In this document: piece after piece, positions 1-9,111 of the stretch
Position numbering within the stretch: position 1 is the first letter of the stretch
Layout: every line of letters starts with the position of its first letter
From: Gemmatales bacterium
GTDB lineage: Bacteria; Planctomycetota; Planctomycetia; Gemmatales; HRBIN36
DNA: 64,000 nucleotides
Direction of reading: 5' to 3'
Assembly: GCA_025060195.1 (NCBI GenBank)
Contig: JANXCQ010000001.1
Coordinates: 128,352-192,351, forward strand
Program-made: the position numbers and the translations under genes
The notes under the pieces: generated by a model
Told to the model about the DNA's origin: nothing
Database searches by the model: none
What the model saw: only the letters and a program-made list of their open reading frames with translations

Positions 1-393
1 GGCCAACGTTGTATGCGGACGGTCGAACTGCTCGATTTATATCCGACTTTGGCGGAGCTTTGCGGTTTGCCTATACCTGAGCACGTTGAGGGACGGAGCT
101 TATGCGCTTTGTTGAACGATCCGCAGGCTAAGTGGGATAAAGCAGCCTATACGCAGGTAGCACGGGGTAAGGGTGGGACGAACCTAGGGCGAAGTGTTCG
201 CACTGAGCGGTACCGATATACCGAGTGGAATGACGGTAAAGGCGGGGTCCAGCTCTTCGATTATGAAAAGGATCCAGCCGAACTAACGAATCTCGCCGGT
301 CGGCCTGAATATATTGAGGTGGAGAAACAATTACGGGAACTGTTGCGTCGTCCACCCACGCAGATGCGGGGACTCACGTCAAGGTTTCGCTGA
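1..393 (+). CDS. Type I sulfatase, C-terminal fragment (5' part outside window)
   Basis: Frame 1 is open from base 1 to TGA 391-393. LDLYPTLAELCGLPIPEHVEGRSLCALL parallels LDIAPTIMELAGLPVPAHMQGRSLVPLL in the complete sulfatase at 21249-22700. Confidence 0.75.
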   Translation, partial: GQRCMRTVELLDLYPTLAELCGLPIPEHVEGRSLCALLNDPQAKWDKAAYTQVARGKGGTNLGRSVRTERYRYTEWNDGKGGVQLFDYEKDPAELTNLAGRPEYIEVEKQLRELLRRPPTQMRGLTSRFR

Positions 394-868
394 GGATCTT
401 CTGCGCTTGTTCGGCCCGATATTCCAGGAGCTTTTGACGCAGTTCGGGTCGGGAGTTGGCTAAGATGGCAATGGCGAGTAGGGCGGCGTTGGTAGCGCCC
501 GCCTTGCCAATGGCCAACGTGCCAACTGGGACGCCTGCGGGCATTTGCACCATGCTGAGGAGCGAATCAAGGCCACCGAGGGTGGCCGTTTGCATGGGTA
601 CGCCGAGCACTGGCCGTACCGTGTGAGCTGCGACCACTCCTGCGAGGTGCGCTGCGCCACCCGCGGCTGCGATCCACACCTCGACGCCTCGGTTTTCTGC
701 TTCGCGAAGGTATTGCACCAAGGCCTCTGGAGTGCGGTGTGCCGAGAGCACGCGGCATTCATGGGGCACGGCGAATCGGCTGAGCGTTTCCGAAGCCGAT
801 TTCATCACTTCCCAGTCCGATTTGCTGCCCATGACCACGCCGACGAGAATATTGCCTGTCGCCGACAT
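374..868 (-). CDS. purE: N5-carboxyaminoimidazole ribonucleotide mutase
   Basis: 164 aa. VGVVMGSKSDW, SAHRTP, AAGGAAHLAGVVAA, PVLGVP and MPAGVPVGT blocks match the PurE signature. ATG at 866-868. The 3' end overlaps the convergent sulfatase stop by 20 nt. Confidence 0.95.
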   Translation of the reverse strand: MSATGNILVGVVMGSKSDWEVMKSASETLSRFAVPHECRVLSAHRTPEALVQYLREAENRGVEVWIAAAGGAAHLAGVVAAHTVRPVLGVPMQTATLGGLDSLLSMVQMPAGVPVGTLAIGKAGATNAALLAIAILANSRPELRQKLLEYRAEQAQKILSETLT

Positions 869-966
869 TGCTGATCCCTTTATAAGCCCATCCGCGCGGA
901 TGGCAGTAATCTGCCACCTGCCTCAGGGCTGATTGTTTCGTGGAAGGTTCTGAGCTCCAGGGGCCA

Positions 967-2253
967 TTATGATAGGAACGGATTATGGTAGCGGAAATAA
1001 CCGTCCCAAATCTCATCGAGACGTTGACAGGCTTCCAACAAGGGCACGGCGTGCCAACGCCCTAGAGAGTCCGATTGGGCCAGACCGAAACGTTGAAGCT
1101 TGTGAAGAGCGTCTTCGATTTCGAAGTCCACGTGTAGATGTGCGTAGGTTTTCAAGTAATCTTGGATAGCTAGGTCAAGCTTAGTCGCCTCCCAACCCTC
1201 CGGACCGGCCAGACGCCACAGAAAAAACCAGCTGAGCACTAGCTCACGGAATTCCTGTTCTTCCGCCTCGTCCAGAACATGAATGATCGCCCCCAAGTTA
1301 TTGTCCAAGGTTTGGAACAACAGACATTGCAACAAATTGATGAGATATTTCTGCCAAGTGCTGACAAAGCCTAGGTACGAACGTAAGCCTGAGCTGAACG
1401 GCGACATGAAGGTGCCGAGGGAATTAAACATAGCCGCGACGCCACTCGCCAGCTTGAAGGCAGCGCCCATCATGAGCTTCCAGAAAAACAGCGGCAGAGT
1501 CACGAACAAGGGCAGGCTAATTTTGAAGACGTCCCAAGGCTGAATTTTGGGCCGGACCCCTGGGACTAGCAGTTCCAGGTCGTCGCGGGGAACGTCCTTA
1601 AACAGGCTCACGTAAAGGCATCGCTTATCTACGAAATGGGGAAGCCTGGCGTCCTGCTTATAACGCACAATCAAAACCACTCGATCATAGACGGGGACTT
1701 CTAGTCTCTGTGCGGGGATAAGATCTAAAAAACGCTTCGGTCTTTTTTCTGAGACCAAAGAGGTACCCCGGGCATAAATTTCAAGTTCTTCAAAGAGTCG
1801 AAATTCGACTACGAAATTGATGCCCCAGCGGCCCGTGCGCTGCATGGCCTCCTCCAGAACGCGGCGGTCCAGGCGAACGAAGTTGGCCCGCTGGAGCAGA
1901 TAACGGATCTCCTCCAGGAGCAATTCGACTTGACGCGACTGCTCTGACAATCGGCCAGGCGCAAGTGTCGCCACCTGACTAAGGGGATACTCGTAGGCAC
2001 AGTCAGGGTCAAACGGTGCGTATAGCTCCTTGATACGTTCCAAACGGCTGTGAAACTCATAGTGAAAAATTGCCTCGACTAATCGGCAAAATTGGCGGAA
2101 ATGCTTCTCTTCATCAGGACTATGGCAACCGGGAAACCGCAGCAATAACCTCACTAGTTCTGATTTGCGTAAGGAAATAACATGCTCGCCATTACCCAGG
2201 TGCGGCATCGTTCGAGTTCCGATGGTCCGGTCGCCCAATATTTTACCAGGCAA
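967..2253 (-). CDS. Conserved membrane protein, DUF3754/TMEM143-like (tentative)
   Basis: 428-aa ORF with protein-like composition. Soluble N-terminal half (LYAPFDPD) and hydrophobic segments (LPLFVTLPLFFWKLMMGAAF). The family name is from memory only. Confidence 0.5.
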   Translation of the reverse strand: MPGKILGDRTIGTRTMPHLGNGEHVISLRKSELVRLLLRFPGCHSPDEEKHFRQFCRLVEAIFHYEFHSRLERIKELYAPFDPDCAYEYPLSQVATLAPGRLSEQSRQVELLLEEIRYLLQRANFVRLDRRVLEEAMQRTGRWGINFVVEFRLFEELEIYARGTSLVSEKRPKRFLDLIPAQRLEVPVYDRVVLIVRYKQDARLPHFVDKRCLYVSLFKDVPRDDLELLVPGVRPKIQPWDVFKISLPLFVTLPLFFWKLMMGAAFKLASGVAAMFNSLGTFMSPFSSGLRSYLGFVSTWQKYLINLLQCLLFQTLDNNLGAIIHVLDEAEEQEFRELVLSWFFLWRLAGPEGWEATKLDLAIQDYLKTYAHLHVDFEIEDALHKLQRFGLAQSDSLGRWHAVPLLEACQRLDEIWDGYFRYHNPFLS

Positions 2254-2477
2254 AGTATGAGGCGACGGCGCTTCAATAGCGTGTCAGAATGGGTTCCGGT
2301 CGAACTGCCGGCTTACGTAATATGCAAGCTAAGAGACAGCCGATAAATATCAACTAGGTAGACGATTTGTGCGCACTTTTCCTCAGTTGCATACCCGTGC
2401 CGCTTCTTGCTGGAGAGTTATCTTTAGGCCCGGTAGAACGATGTGATTGATCTAAGGCTGTTGGATGGGTCGTCCCG

Positions 2478-3878
2478 TTACGCAAACAATTCGTAAACCA
2501 CTCGGCCCTGCGTGACTGGAAATTGTCGACCCAACCGGTCATGGAGATGAACGTCCAGCGGTACACCGAGTGCGTGGTACATGGTGGCGATCAGGTCGGC
2601 AGGGGTGATAGGCCGGTCTGTCGGATAAGCGGCGAACTTGTCTGATTGACCGATGACCTTGCCGCCCGCGACGCCTCCGCCAGCAAGCAGAATACTGTAG
2701 CAATAGGGCCAATGATCGCGGCCCGTGGCATCTGTTCCGGCATTGGCAGTTACTTGTCCTAACCGGGGAGTGCGGCCGAATTCCCCCATACTGATTACCA
2801 GTGTGGTTTCCAGTAGCCCGCGTTGCTGCAAATCTTCGAGCAGAGCAGACAGACATTGGTCAAACTGGGGCAGGAGCTTTTGTTTCTGTTCAGCGAAATT
2901 GCGCTTATGCGTGTCCCAATACGGATCAGGGGAATTGAGCGCTCCGCCCCAATAGACAGTAACCATACGGACGCCTGCTTCAATTAGTCGGCGGGCTAAA
3001 AGCAATCCTTGACCCCAGCGATGATGGCCGTAACGTTCGCGCACGGCCTGTGGCTCTTCGTGCAAACGAAATGCACGCCGCGCTTGAGAGGAACTGAGCA
3101 ACTCGTAGGCCCGCCGATAGTACAAGTCCAACCTGGCCACGCTCGCCGATTCAGATAATTGGCCCCACTGCCTGTCTAACTGCTGTAATAGGCCCCGTCG
3201 TCCTTCCAAACGGCTTATATCGAGGTCGCCGGGCAGACTCAGCTCGGGGACATCCAAATGGTCTTGATTTGGTTCGCTGTGAAACAGAAACGGGTCATAG
3301 CGGGGGCCGAGAAAACCCGCGTTCTGTCCAGGCATTTGTACATTTCCGTCGCCGACCCGCGGTGCAGAAATCTGCACAAACGCTGGCAGCGTTGCCTGCG
3401 TCGGTCGCAACTTCGCCAACACCGCGCCAGGGTTAGGATAATCTTCCGAGCTGGCTTTCAGGCCAACTATGTCTCGATCTGGTGCCACTCCGCTCAACGC
3501 CAAGTACCCGGCGGGATTATGGTTGGTTATCCGGTGGCTCATGCAACGCAGAATGGTGTATAAATGAGCCAAACGAGCTAGGCGAGGCAAATGTTCGCAG
3601 ATATGAATTCCCGGCACACTAGTAGCAATCGGGCGAAACTCGCCGCGGATGTTTTCAGGCGCTGCCGGCTTCATATCGAAGGTATCGAGTTGACTTTGCC
3701 CGCCTTGCAAAAACAGTAGAATACAAGCCCGTGCCCGCGCAGCAGAGTTGTTAGCCTGAGCTTCCGCCTGCAAGACTTGCGCCAGACTGAGGGCGCTGCC
3801 GATAGCCCCTACCCTTAGTAACTCGCGTCGCGTTATCCCTTCGCAAAGCCCAATTGCGCCTGTCGCCAGCCGAAGCAT
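2478..3878 (-). CDS. DUF1501 domain protein (sulfatase-like fold, Tat-type signal)
   Basis: 466 aa. N-terminal TRRELLRVGAIGSALSLA twin-arginine-type signal. GGQSQLDTFDMKP, MGEFGRTP and GRDHW blocks are typical of planctomycete DUF1501 proteins. Confidence 0.85.
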   Translation of the reverse strand: MLRLATGAIGLCEGITRRELLRVGAIGSALSLAQVLQAEAQANNSAARARACILLFLQGGQSQLDTFDMKPAAPENIRGEFRPIATSVPGIHICEHLPRLARLAHLYTILRCMSHRITNHNPAGYLALSGVAPDRDIVGLKASSEDYPNPGAVLAKLRPTQATLPAFVQISAPRVGDGNVQMPGQNAGFLGPRYDPFLFHSEPNQDHLDVPELSLPGDLDISRLEGRRGLLQQLDRQWGQLSESASVARLDLYYRRAYELLSSSQARRAFRLHEEPQAVRERYGHHRWGQGLLLARRLIEAGVRMVTVYWGGALNSPDPYWDTHKRNFAEQKQKLLPQFDQCLSALLEDLQQRGLLETTLVISMGEFGRTPRLGQVTANAGTDATGRDHWPYCYSILLAGGGVAGGKVIGQSDKFAAYPTDRPITPADLIATMYHALGVPLDVHLHDRLGRQFPVTQGRVVYELFA

Positions 3879-4209
3879 ACGCGCTCCCTTGCATCAAGTC
3901 TCTAATCGATTCTATACGTCGGCGAAGTCGCGGCAGCCTTAATTTGGAAATCATTGCTACCCGATTCTACCAAGACTCTGCAACCGGACGGTACTGGGCC
4001 TTATTTACGCTCGTCGGCGGCATTGCAGCAGACTAGTGGCGTCGTCCGATTACACCAAGCAACTCTTTAGCGTCAGACAAAATTGCTGTTGACGTTGGCG
4101 GAAGACTTAGGAGATAATCGCGGCAGTCAAAAAAGCACATACTAGCACTGCAACTACTTAGCCAGCAGAAACAGTCGTCTGAGGCAATGGATGAAGGAGG
4201 ACAAGGAGA

Positions 4210-7200
4210 ATGCCGCGGGCTTCGGCAGGGATGTTGGTTAGTGTTCTCTTCATGGTCGGGGCAATGGCACTGCACGTGGACCGCGAGGCAAGGTGCACGC
4301 GTGTAAAGGAAGCCGCCCTTCGCGCCTTATGGTTCGTGGATGAGCACGAGGGCTGGGCCGTGGGCGACGATGGTTTGATACTTCACACCATTGATGGAGG
4401 ACAAACATGGGAACGTCAACCGAGCGGAACGCGTGCACACTTACGGGCGGTGCAGTTTCTTTCGCCTTTTGTTGGCTATGTCGTCGGTGAACAACCGCTG
4501 CCCGAAACGCCTCTGACTGTCGGAGTCCTTCTCATGACGCGGGACGGAGGCGCCACTTGGCGGGTCGTTTCTGACAATCAGTTACCCGGACTGTATGGGG
4601 TACGGTTTTTCGATGAGCGTCAAGGCGTGCTCGTTGGAGACACCAATGACGCTTTTCCATCAGGCTTATGGACGACGGAAGATGGGGGCTTGACTTGGCG
4701 TATGGTGCCCAACGGACGCCAGCCCGGTTGGTATGCCGCGGCTTGGCGAACTCCCCGGCATGGATTCCTAGCAGGGCGCTGGGGCAAGTTAGCGACGTGG
4801 ACAGAGCAAACTTGGCAGCCCGTAGTTGGCGACTGGACAGCAAACCTTGCCATACGCGCGATTCAATGGAACGGAAAGACGGCCTGGGCCTGCGGGGATG
4901 CGGGTTTGCTACTGCGTTGTGATGACCCCCAAGGGCGTAAATGGGAGCGAGTTTCGTTGCCGATTGATAGCGAACTCCTCCGGCTGTGGGATTTTCATGC
5001 CATGCACTTCTTGGGCGATTTCGGCTGGATTGCGGGGCGACCTGGCTCGGTCATTTTGCACACTTGGGACAACGGCCAGACTTGGCAAGTGCAGGCCACG
5101 CCGCAAACTCTGCCCATTCATGCCTTATATTTCGTGAATGAGAGATGCGGTTGGGCAGCGGGCGACGGTGGTACGATCTTGCACACACAAGATGGCGGTA
5201 AAACTTGGCGTATTCAACACCGCGGCGCTCACCGCGCGGCAGTATTGTTCATTACAGCGCGAGGCGAATCTCTTCCATGGGAGTTGCTAACAAACTTGGC
5301 CTGGGATCAGGGATTTTATACTGTGGCAGTTCGCGTGCTGGGCGAGGATGCCGAAACTTTCCCCGAAGACAGCGCGGGTTTTGCGGACCGCTTTCATGCG
5401 GCCGTTCGTTGTCTCGGCGGCTTAGTTGGGGAGACTTTACACGGTTGGACAATCCCAAGTTACGCCCAGTTTACTTCCACCGTACAGCTTGCCGAACGAC
5501 TAGGCCGAGGTCAGGCAGTTCACGCGTTGGAGCAGCTGCAGCGGCAACTCGTGCTGACCTTGCGTCTGTGGAAACCTGATGTCGTGATCACAGATCATCC
5601 CGACCCTCGGGGACTTGGCAGAGCCGAGGGTGCACTAGTAGCGCTAGCGGTGGGAAAGGCGTTTCGCTGGGCCGATAACGCGGATGTTTGCTCCGAGCAG
5701 ATATCGCGGCTGCGACTGGAGCCGTGGTCGGCAAGTAAGCTATACGCCGTTTGGGATCGTGCCGAGCCTGACACAGTCTCCGCAGACTGGGACGTAGTCC
5801 GTCCTACGGTGGGAGGCACTATTGCGCAAGCGACCTGGTCGGCTCGTCACTTGCTTAACCCCATGCTTCGCCTGTCGCCATGTTCCCCCAAGGCTAGCTC
5901 TGTGGGCACTGGTCACTATTTTCGACTTTTAGACAGCCGAATTCCTGACGCTGCCACGCACCGCTGGATTATGGACGGTATTCACGCGCCCACGGGCGGC
6001 CCAACACGCCGCGACCTGGCATCTCAGACCCCGGAGGATGATGCCCTTTCTGAAATTGCCCGACACGCTAAGAAGACGCGCGATCTCCTAGCACTGGCCG
6101 ACCGTATGCTCTCGACACCGACCATTGCGGAGCAGTGGCTGGCCGAACTTCCTCACGAACTGAAAACGCTTCCCGAAGCGCGTCAGGCTGACTTATTATG
6201 GCACGTCTCTCAACGGCTCATCGCTTCAGGAGAATGGGGTTTAGCGCACCGCGTGCTCATCATGCTCTTAGAACAACACCCTGACAGTCCCCTGGCACCA
6301 GCGGCAGCACAATGGTTGTGTAGTTTCCTCTCCAGCAGCGAGGCGCGTCGCCGGGCAGAGCTAGGTCAATTTGTCGCCAACATCCAGGCGCCCAAGGAAG
6401 AAACAAAAAACCAACTGGCACCTGCGACACCGCGCAAGCCGGCTGAAAAAGCCAACCGCCATGACTTGGCGCCCACCCTCCTACACGCGCATCGTCAGGA
6501 TTGGCAATTCTGGGACCGCGGCTCGGTCTTAGCGGGAGACGTCTTGGCCGCGATGCATCCGCTGTGGTGGCGCGAGCCGCGCGTCCAGTATCCTGTTTTA
6601 GTCGCACAACGCCGGTTAGGTCGCCTCGAGGAGCTGCTCCCAATTTACACGCGCTTCCGAACCAACTGGCTGCGTGGCCCCTGGTATGAGGCGGCTGTAG
6701 CCGAAATAGCGTTTCTGGCACCTGTACGGGGCAGCGCACCTGTCACAGAACCCGATAACCCCGGCCAGCTTCCCAGTGCACCTCGCAAACGGAGCTTACT
6801 TTGCGGATATACGCAACAACCGCCTTATCTCGACGGCCGACTCGATGATCCCGTTTGGCAAGCAGCAACGGTTACGCGTTTGCGCAACGCCTTGAACCAA
6901 ACCACCGACGCTTTCCCGACCGATATTCGCCTGGCTTTCGATCAATGTTTTCTCTACATCGCGTTACACTGTGGCCATCCTGCTGGCCATCAGCGCGAAC
7001 CCGTCCGTCCACGGAAGCGCGACGACGACCTCCATGCTTACGACCGCATTAGTATCCTTCTCGACCTTGACCGCGACTATGTAACCTATTTTCACTTCCA
7101 AGTTGACCAGCGCGGCTGCGTCCATGACGAATGCTGGGGCGATAGCACGTGGAACCCGCAATGGTATGTCGCCAGTCGCAGCACGCCAACCGCTTGGGAG

Positions 7201-7380
7201 GCAGAATTGGCCATTCCTTGGGCCGAGTTGGTGCGCGAACCCCCAAATTCTCAACAAGTTTGGGCCATCAATTTCGTCCGCATCATTCCCAACCACGGCG
7301 TGCAAGCCCTTTCTTTGCCTGCAGGAGTCTGTCCACGCCCTGAAGGCATGGGTCTTTTGACCTTTGCCAACTCCAAGTGA
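4210..7380 (+). CDS. Large multidomain protein: BNR/Ycf48-like beta-propeller, central region of unclear type, C-terminal CBM9/DOMON-like module
   Basis: 1056 aa with a GGAGGA RBS upstream. Five (D/N)GxxTW repeats (IDGGQTWER, RDGGATWRV, EDGGLTWRM, WDNGQTWQV, QDGGKTWRI). The C-terminus (YLDGRLDDPVWQ ... WEAELAIPW ... WAINFVRI) resembles carbohydrate-binding family 9-like domains. Confidence 0.7.
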   Translation: MPRASAGMLVSVLFMVGAMALHVDREARCTRVKEAALRALWFVDEHEGWAVGDDGLILHTIDGGQTWERQPSGTRAHLRAVQFLSPFVGYVVGEQPLPETPLTVGVLLMTRDGGATWRVVSDNQLPGLYGVRFFDERQGVLVGDTNDAFPSGLWTTEDGGLTWRMVPNGRQPGWYAAAWRTPRHGFLAGRWGKLATWTEQTWQPVVGDWTANLAIRAIQWNGKTAWACGDAGLLLRCDDPQGRKWERVSLPIDSELLRLWDFHAMHFLGDFGWIAGRPGSVILHTWDNGQTWQVQATPQTLPIHALYFVNERCGWAAGDGGTILHTQDGGKTWRIQHRGAHRAAVLFITARGESLPWELLTNLAWDQGFYTVAVRVLGEDAETFPEDSAGFADRFHAAVRCLGGLVGETLHGWTIPSYAQFTSTVQLAERLGRGQAVHALEQLQRQLVLTLRLWKPDVVITDHPDPRGLGRAEGALVALAVGKAFRWADNADVCSEQISRLRLEPWSASKLYAVWDRAEPDTVSADWDVVRPTVGGTIAQATWSARHLLNPMLRLSPCSPKASSVGTGHYFRLLDSRIPDAATHRWIMDGIHAPTGGPTRRDLASQTPEDDALSEIARHAKKTRDLLALADRMLSTPTIAEQWLAELPHELKTLPEARQADLLWHVSQRLIASGEWGLAHRVLIMLLEQHPDSPLAPAAAQWLCSFLSSSEARRRAELGQFVANIQAPKEETKNQLAPATPRKPAEKANRHDLAPTLLHAHRQDWQFWDRGSVLAGDVLAAMHPLWWREPRVQYPVLVAQRRLGRLEELLPIYTRFRTNWLRGPWYEAAVAEIAFLAPVRGSAPVTEPDNPGQLPSAPRKRSLLCGYTQQPPYLDGRLDDPVWQAATVTRLRNALNQTTDAFPTDIRLAFDQCFLYIALHCGHPAGHQREPVRPRKRDDDLHAYDRISILLDLDRDYVTYFHFQVDQRGCVHDECWGDSTWNPQWYVASRSTPTAWEAELAIPWAELVREPPNSQQVWAINFVRIIPNHGVQALSLPAGVCPRPEGMGLLTFANSK

Positions 7381-7428
7381 GGAAGCCTCGGCCACAGTTG
7401 CCTGCTCTGACAAACTGAGCGTAATCAA

Positions 7429-7457
7429 TTGGCGCCACACAGTTGTTCAGGTATAGT
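7429..7457 (+). promoter_or_regulatory. Candidate sigma70-type promoter for tRNA-Ser
   Basis: TTGGCG (7429-7434), 17 nt spacer, TATAGT (7452-7457), about 45 nt upstream of the tRNA 5' end. This is a sequence match only. Confidence 0.3.
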
Positions 7458-7501
7458 GCTCATATAATCACATGGTGCTCAAAAATAAGGTTTTAGCGAT
7501 C

Positions 7502-7588
7502 GGAGGGGTGGCCGAGCGGCCGAAGGCGCCGGTCTCGAAAACCGGTAGGCAGGCAACTGCCTCGTGGGTTCGAATCCCACCCCCTCCG
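7502..7588 (+). tRNA. tRNA-Ser (anticodon CGA)
   Basis: 87 nt. Acceptor GGAGGGG/CCCCTCC. Anticodon stem CCGGT/ACCGG with loop CTCGAAA. Long variable arm GGCAG-GCAA-CTGCC. T arm GTGGG-TTCGAAT-CCCAC. Discriminator G. CCA is not encoded. Confidence 0.93.
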
Positions 7589-7590
7589 CT

Positions 7591-9009
7591 ATGGATGCCC
7601 GAGATTTCCGAGCCTGGGGCCATCGCCTCGTTGACTGGATCGCCGACTATCTTGAAAACGTTGAGCAGTACCCCGTTCTATCTCCCGTGAGTCCGGGAGA
7701 GATTCGTGAACGTTTGCCCAAGTATGCGCCAGAACTTCCGGAGTCGTTTGAGCAAATCTTTACCGACTTCCAAAAGCACCTTCTGCCCGGAATCACGCAC
7801 TGGCAATCGCCCAACTTCTATGCCTTCTTCCCTGCGAATAATTCCTACCCCTCGATCCTCGGCGAGTTGTTAGCCGCAGGTCTCGGCGTCCAAGGCATGC
7901 TGTGGCAGACCAGTCCCACTTGCACCGAGCTGGAAACACACGTCCTCGACTGGTTGGTAAACCTTCTCGGCCTGCCCGAAAAATTTTTGTCATGTTCCAC
8001 TGGGGGCGGCGTGATCCAAGACACGGCATCGAGTGCCACCTTATGCGCGGTCGTGGCCGCTCGTGAGCAGGCTTCGAGCGGTTTTACCGGGCAACTGGGT
8101 GCTTGTCCCCGCCTCACAGCCTATGCTTCCACCGAGGCACATTCCTCCGTCGAAAAAGCTTTGCGTATTGCCGGTCTAGGTACAGCGTCGTTACGCCGCA
8201 TCCCCGTCGACAAATCCCTGGCTCTACGGCCAGAAGAACTCGAAAGGGCCATTCAGACTGATCGCAGGAACGGTTTCTATCCTTTTCTCATCGTCGCTAC
8301 GCTCGGCACCACCTCGACGCTAGCCTTCGACCCGCTTCGCCCCATAGGAGACATCGCACGCCGTTACCATCTTTGGCTCCACGTGGACGCGGCCATGGCC
8401 GGCACCGCCGCCATCTGCCCTGAATTTCGTTTCTTCCACGACGGATTAGAATTCGCAGACAGTTATTGCTTCAATCCCCATAAATGGATGGGCGTCAACT
8501 TTGACTGCGACTGTTTCTATGTCGCCGACCGGCAGGCCCTCATCAGGGCGCTGCGGATGGTTCCTGACTACTTACGCAATCCTGCCAGTGAATCAGGCCA
8601 GGTCATTGACTATCGAGATTGGCAAATCCCTCTCGGGCGCCGATTTCGGGCCCTCAAACTCTGGTTCGTACTTCGCGCTTTCGGCGCGGAAGGTATCCGC
8701 TCCTTAGTGCGTCGTCACATCGCTTTGGCGCGGCAATTTGCCGACTGGCTGCAGCAAGACCCTCGCTTTGAAATCGTAGCCCCAGTTACGCTCAATCTCG
8801 TGTGTTTCCGCCTCCGAGGTGATGATTCACTCAACCAACAGTTCTTGCAGCGCCTGAACGCCACAGGGTCAATTTATCTCAGCCACACGCGCGTCCATGA
8901 CCGCTTCACCCTGCGCTTTTGTGTCGGCAACCTGCGCACGCAGGAGCACCATGTACACCAAGCTTGGCAACTCATCCACAGAGTAGCTGATTCCCTGGTC
9001 AAACGCTAA
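7591..9009 (+). CDS. Pyridoxal-dependent aromatic-L-amino-acid/tyrosine decarboxylase (group II)
   Basis: MDARDFRAWGHRLVDWIADYLENVEQYPV matches the canonical N-terminus of group II decarboxylases. PLP-lysine motif NPHKW is present. The ORF-track start at 7564 lies inside the tRNA and is rejected. Confidence 0.9.
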   Translation: MDARDFRAWGHRLVDWIADYLENVEQYPVLSPVSPGEIRERLPKYAPELPESFEQIFTDFQKHLLPGITHWQSPNFYAFFPANNSYPSILGELLAAGLGVQGMLWQTSPTCTELETHVLDWLVNLLGLPEKFLSCSTGGGVIQDTASSATLCAVVAAREQASSGFTGQLGACPRLTAYASTEAHSSVEKALRIAGLGTASLRRIPVDKSLALRPEELERAIQTDRRNGFYPFLIVATLGTTSTLAFDPLRPIGDIARRYHLWLHVDAAMAGTAAICPEFRFFHDGLEFADSYCFNPHKWMGVNFDCDCFYVADRQALIRALRMVPDYLRNPASESGQVIDYRDWQIPLGRRFRALKLWFVLRAFGAEGIRSLVRRHIALARQFADWLQQDPRFEIVAPVTLNLVCFRLRGDDSLNQQFLQRLNATGSIYLSHTRVHDRFTLRFCVGNLRTQEHHVHQAWQLIHRVADSLVKR

Positions 9010-9111
9010 AAGGTGGCACTTCTACGGTTCCGCCAGTCCATCCAAACCTTCTCTCCATGTTGGGAGACACGTCTAAGCCTATACTAACTATGGAAACAAA
9101 GGGGAGACGCT

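Noticed and set aside
6260-7440. Antisense ORFs 6260-6739 and 6964-7440 within or after the 1056-aa gene
   Set aside because: These are shadow ORFs with Arg/Pro/Gly-rich translations. The sense frame has clear domain repeats.
7472-7690. ORF-track ORFs 7472-7690 and the 7564 start of the decarboxylase ORF
   Set aside because: They run through the tRNA-Ser gene. The conserved decarboxylase N-terminus begins at ATG 7591.
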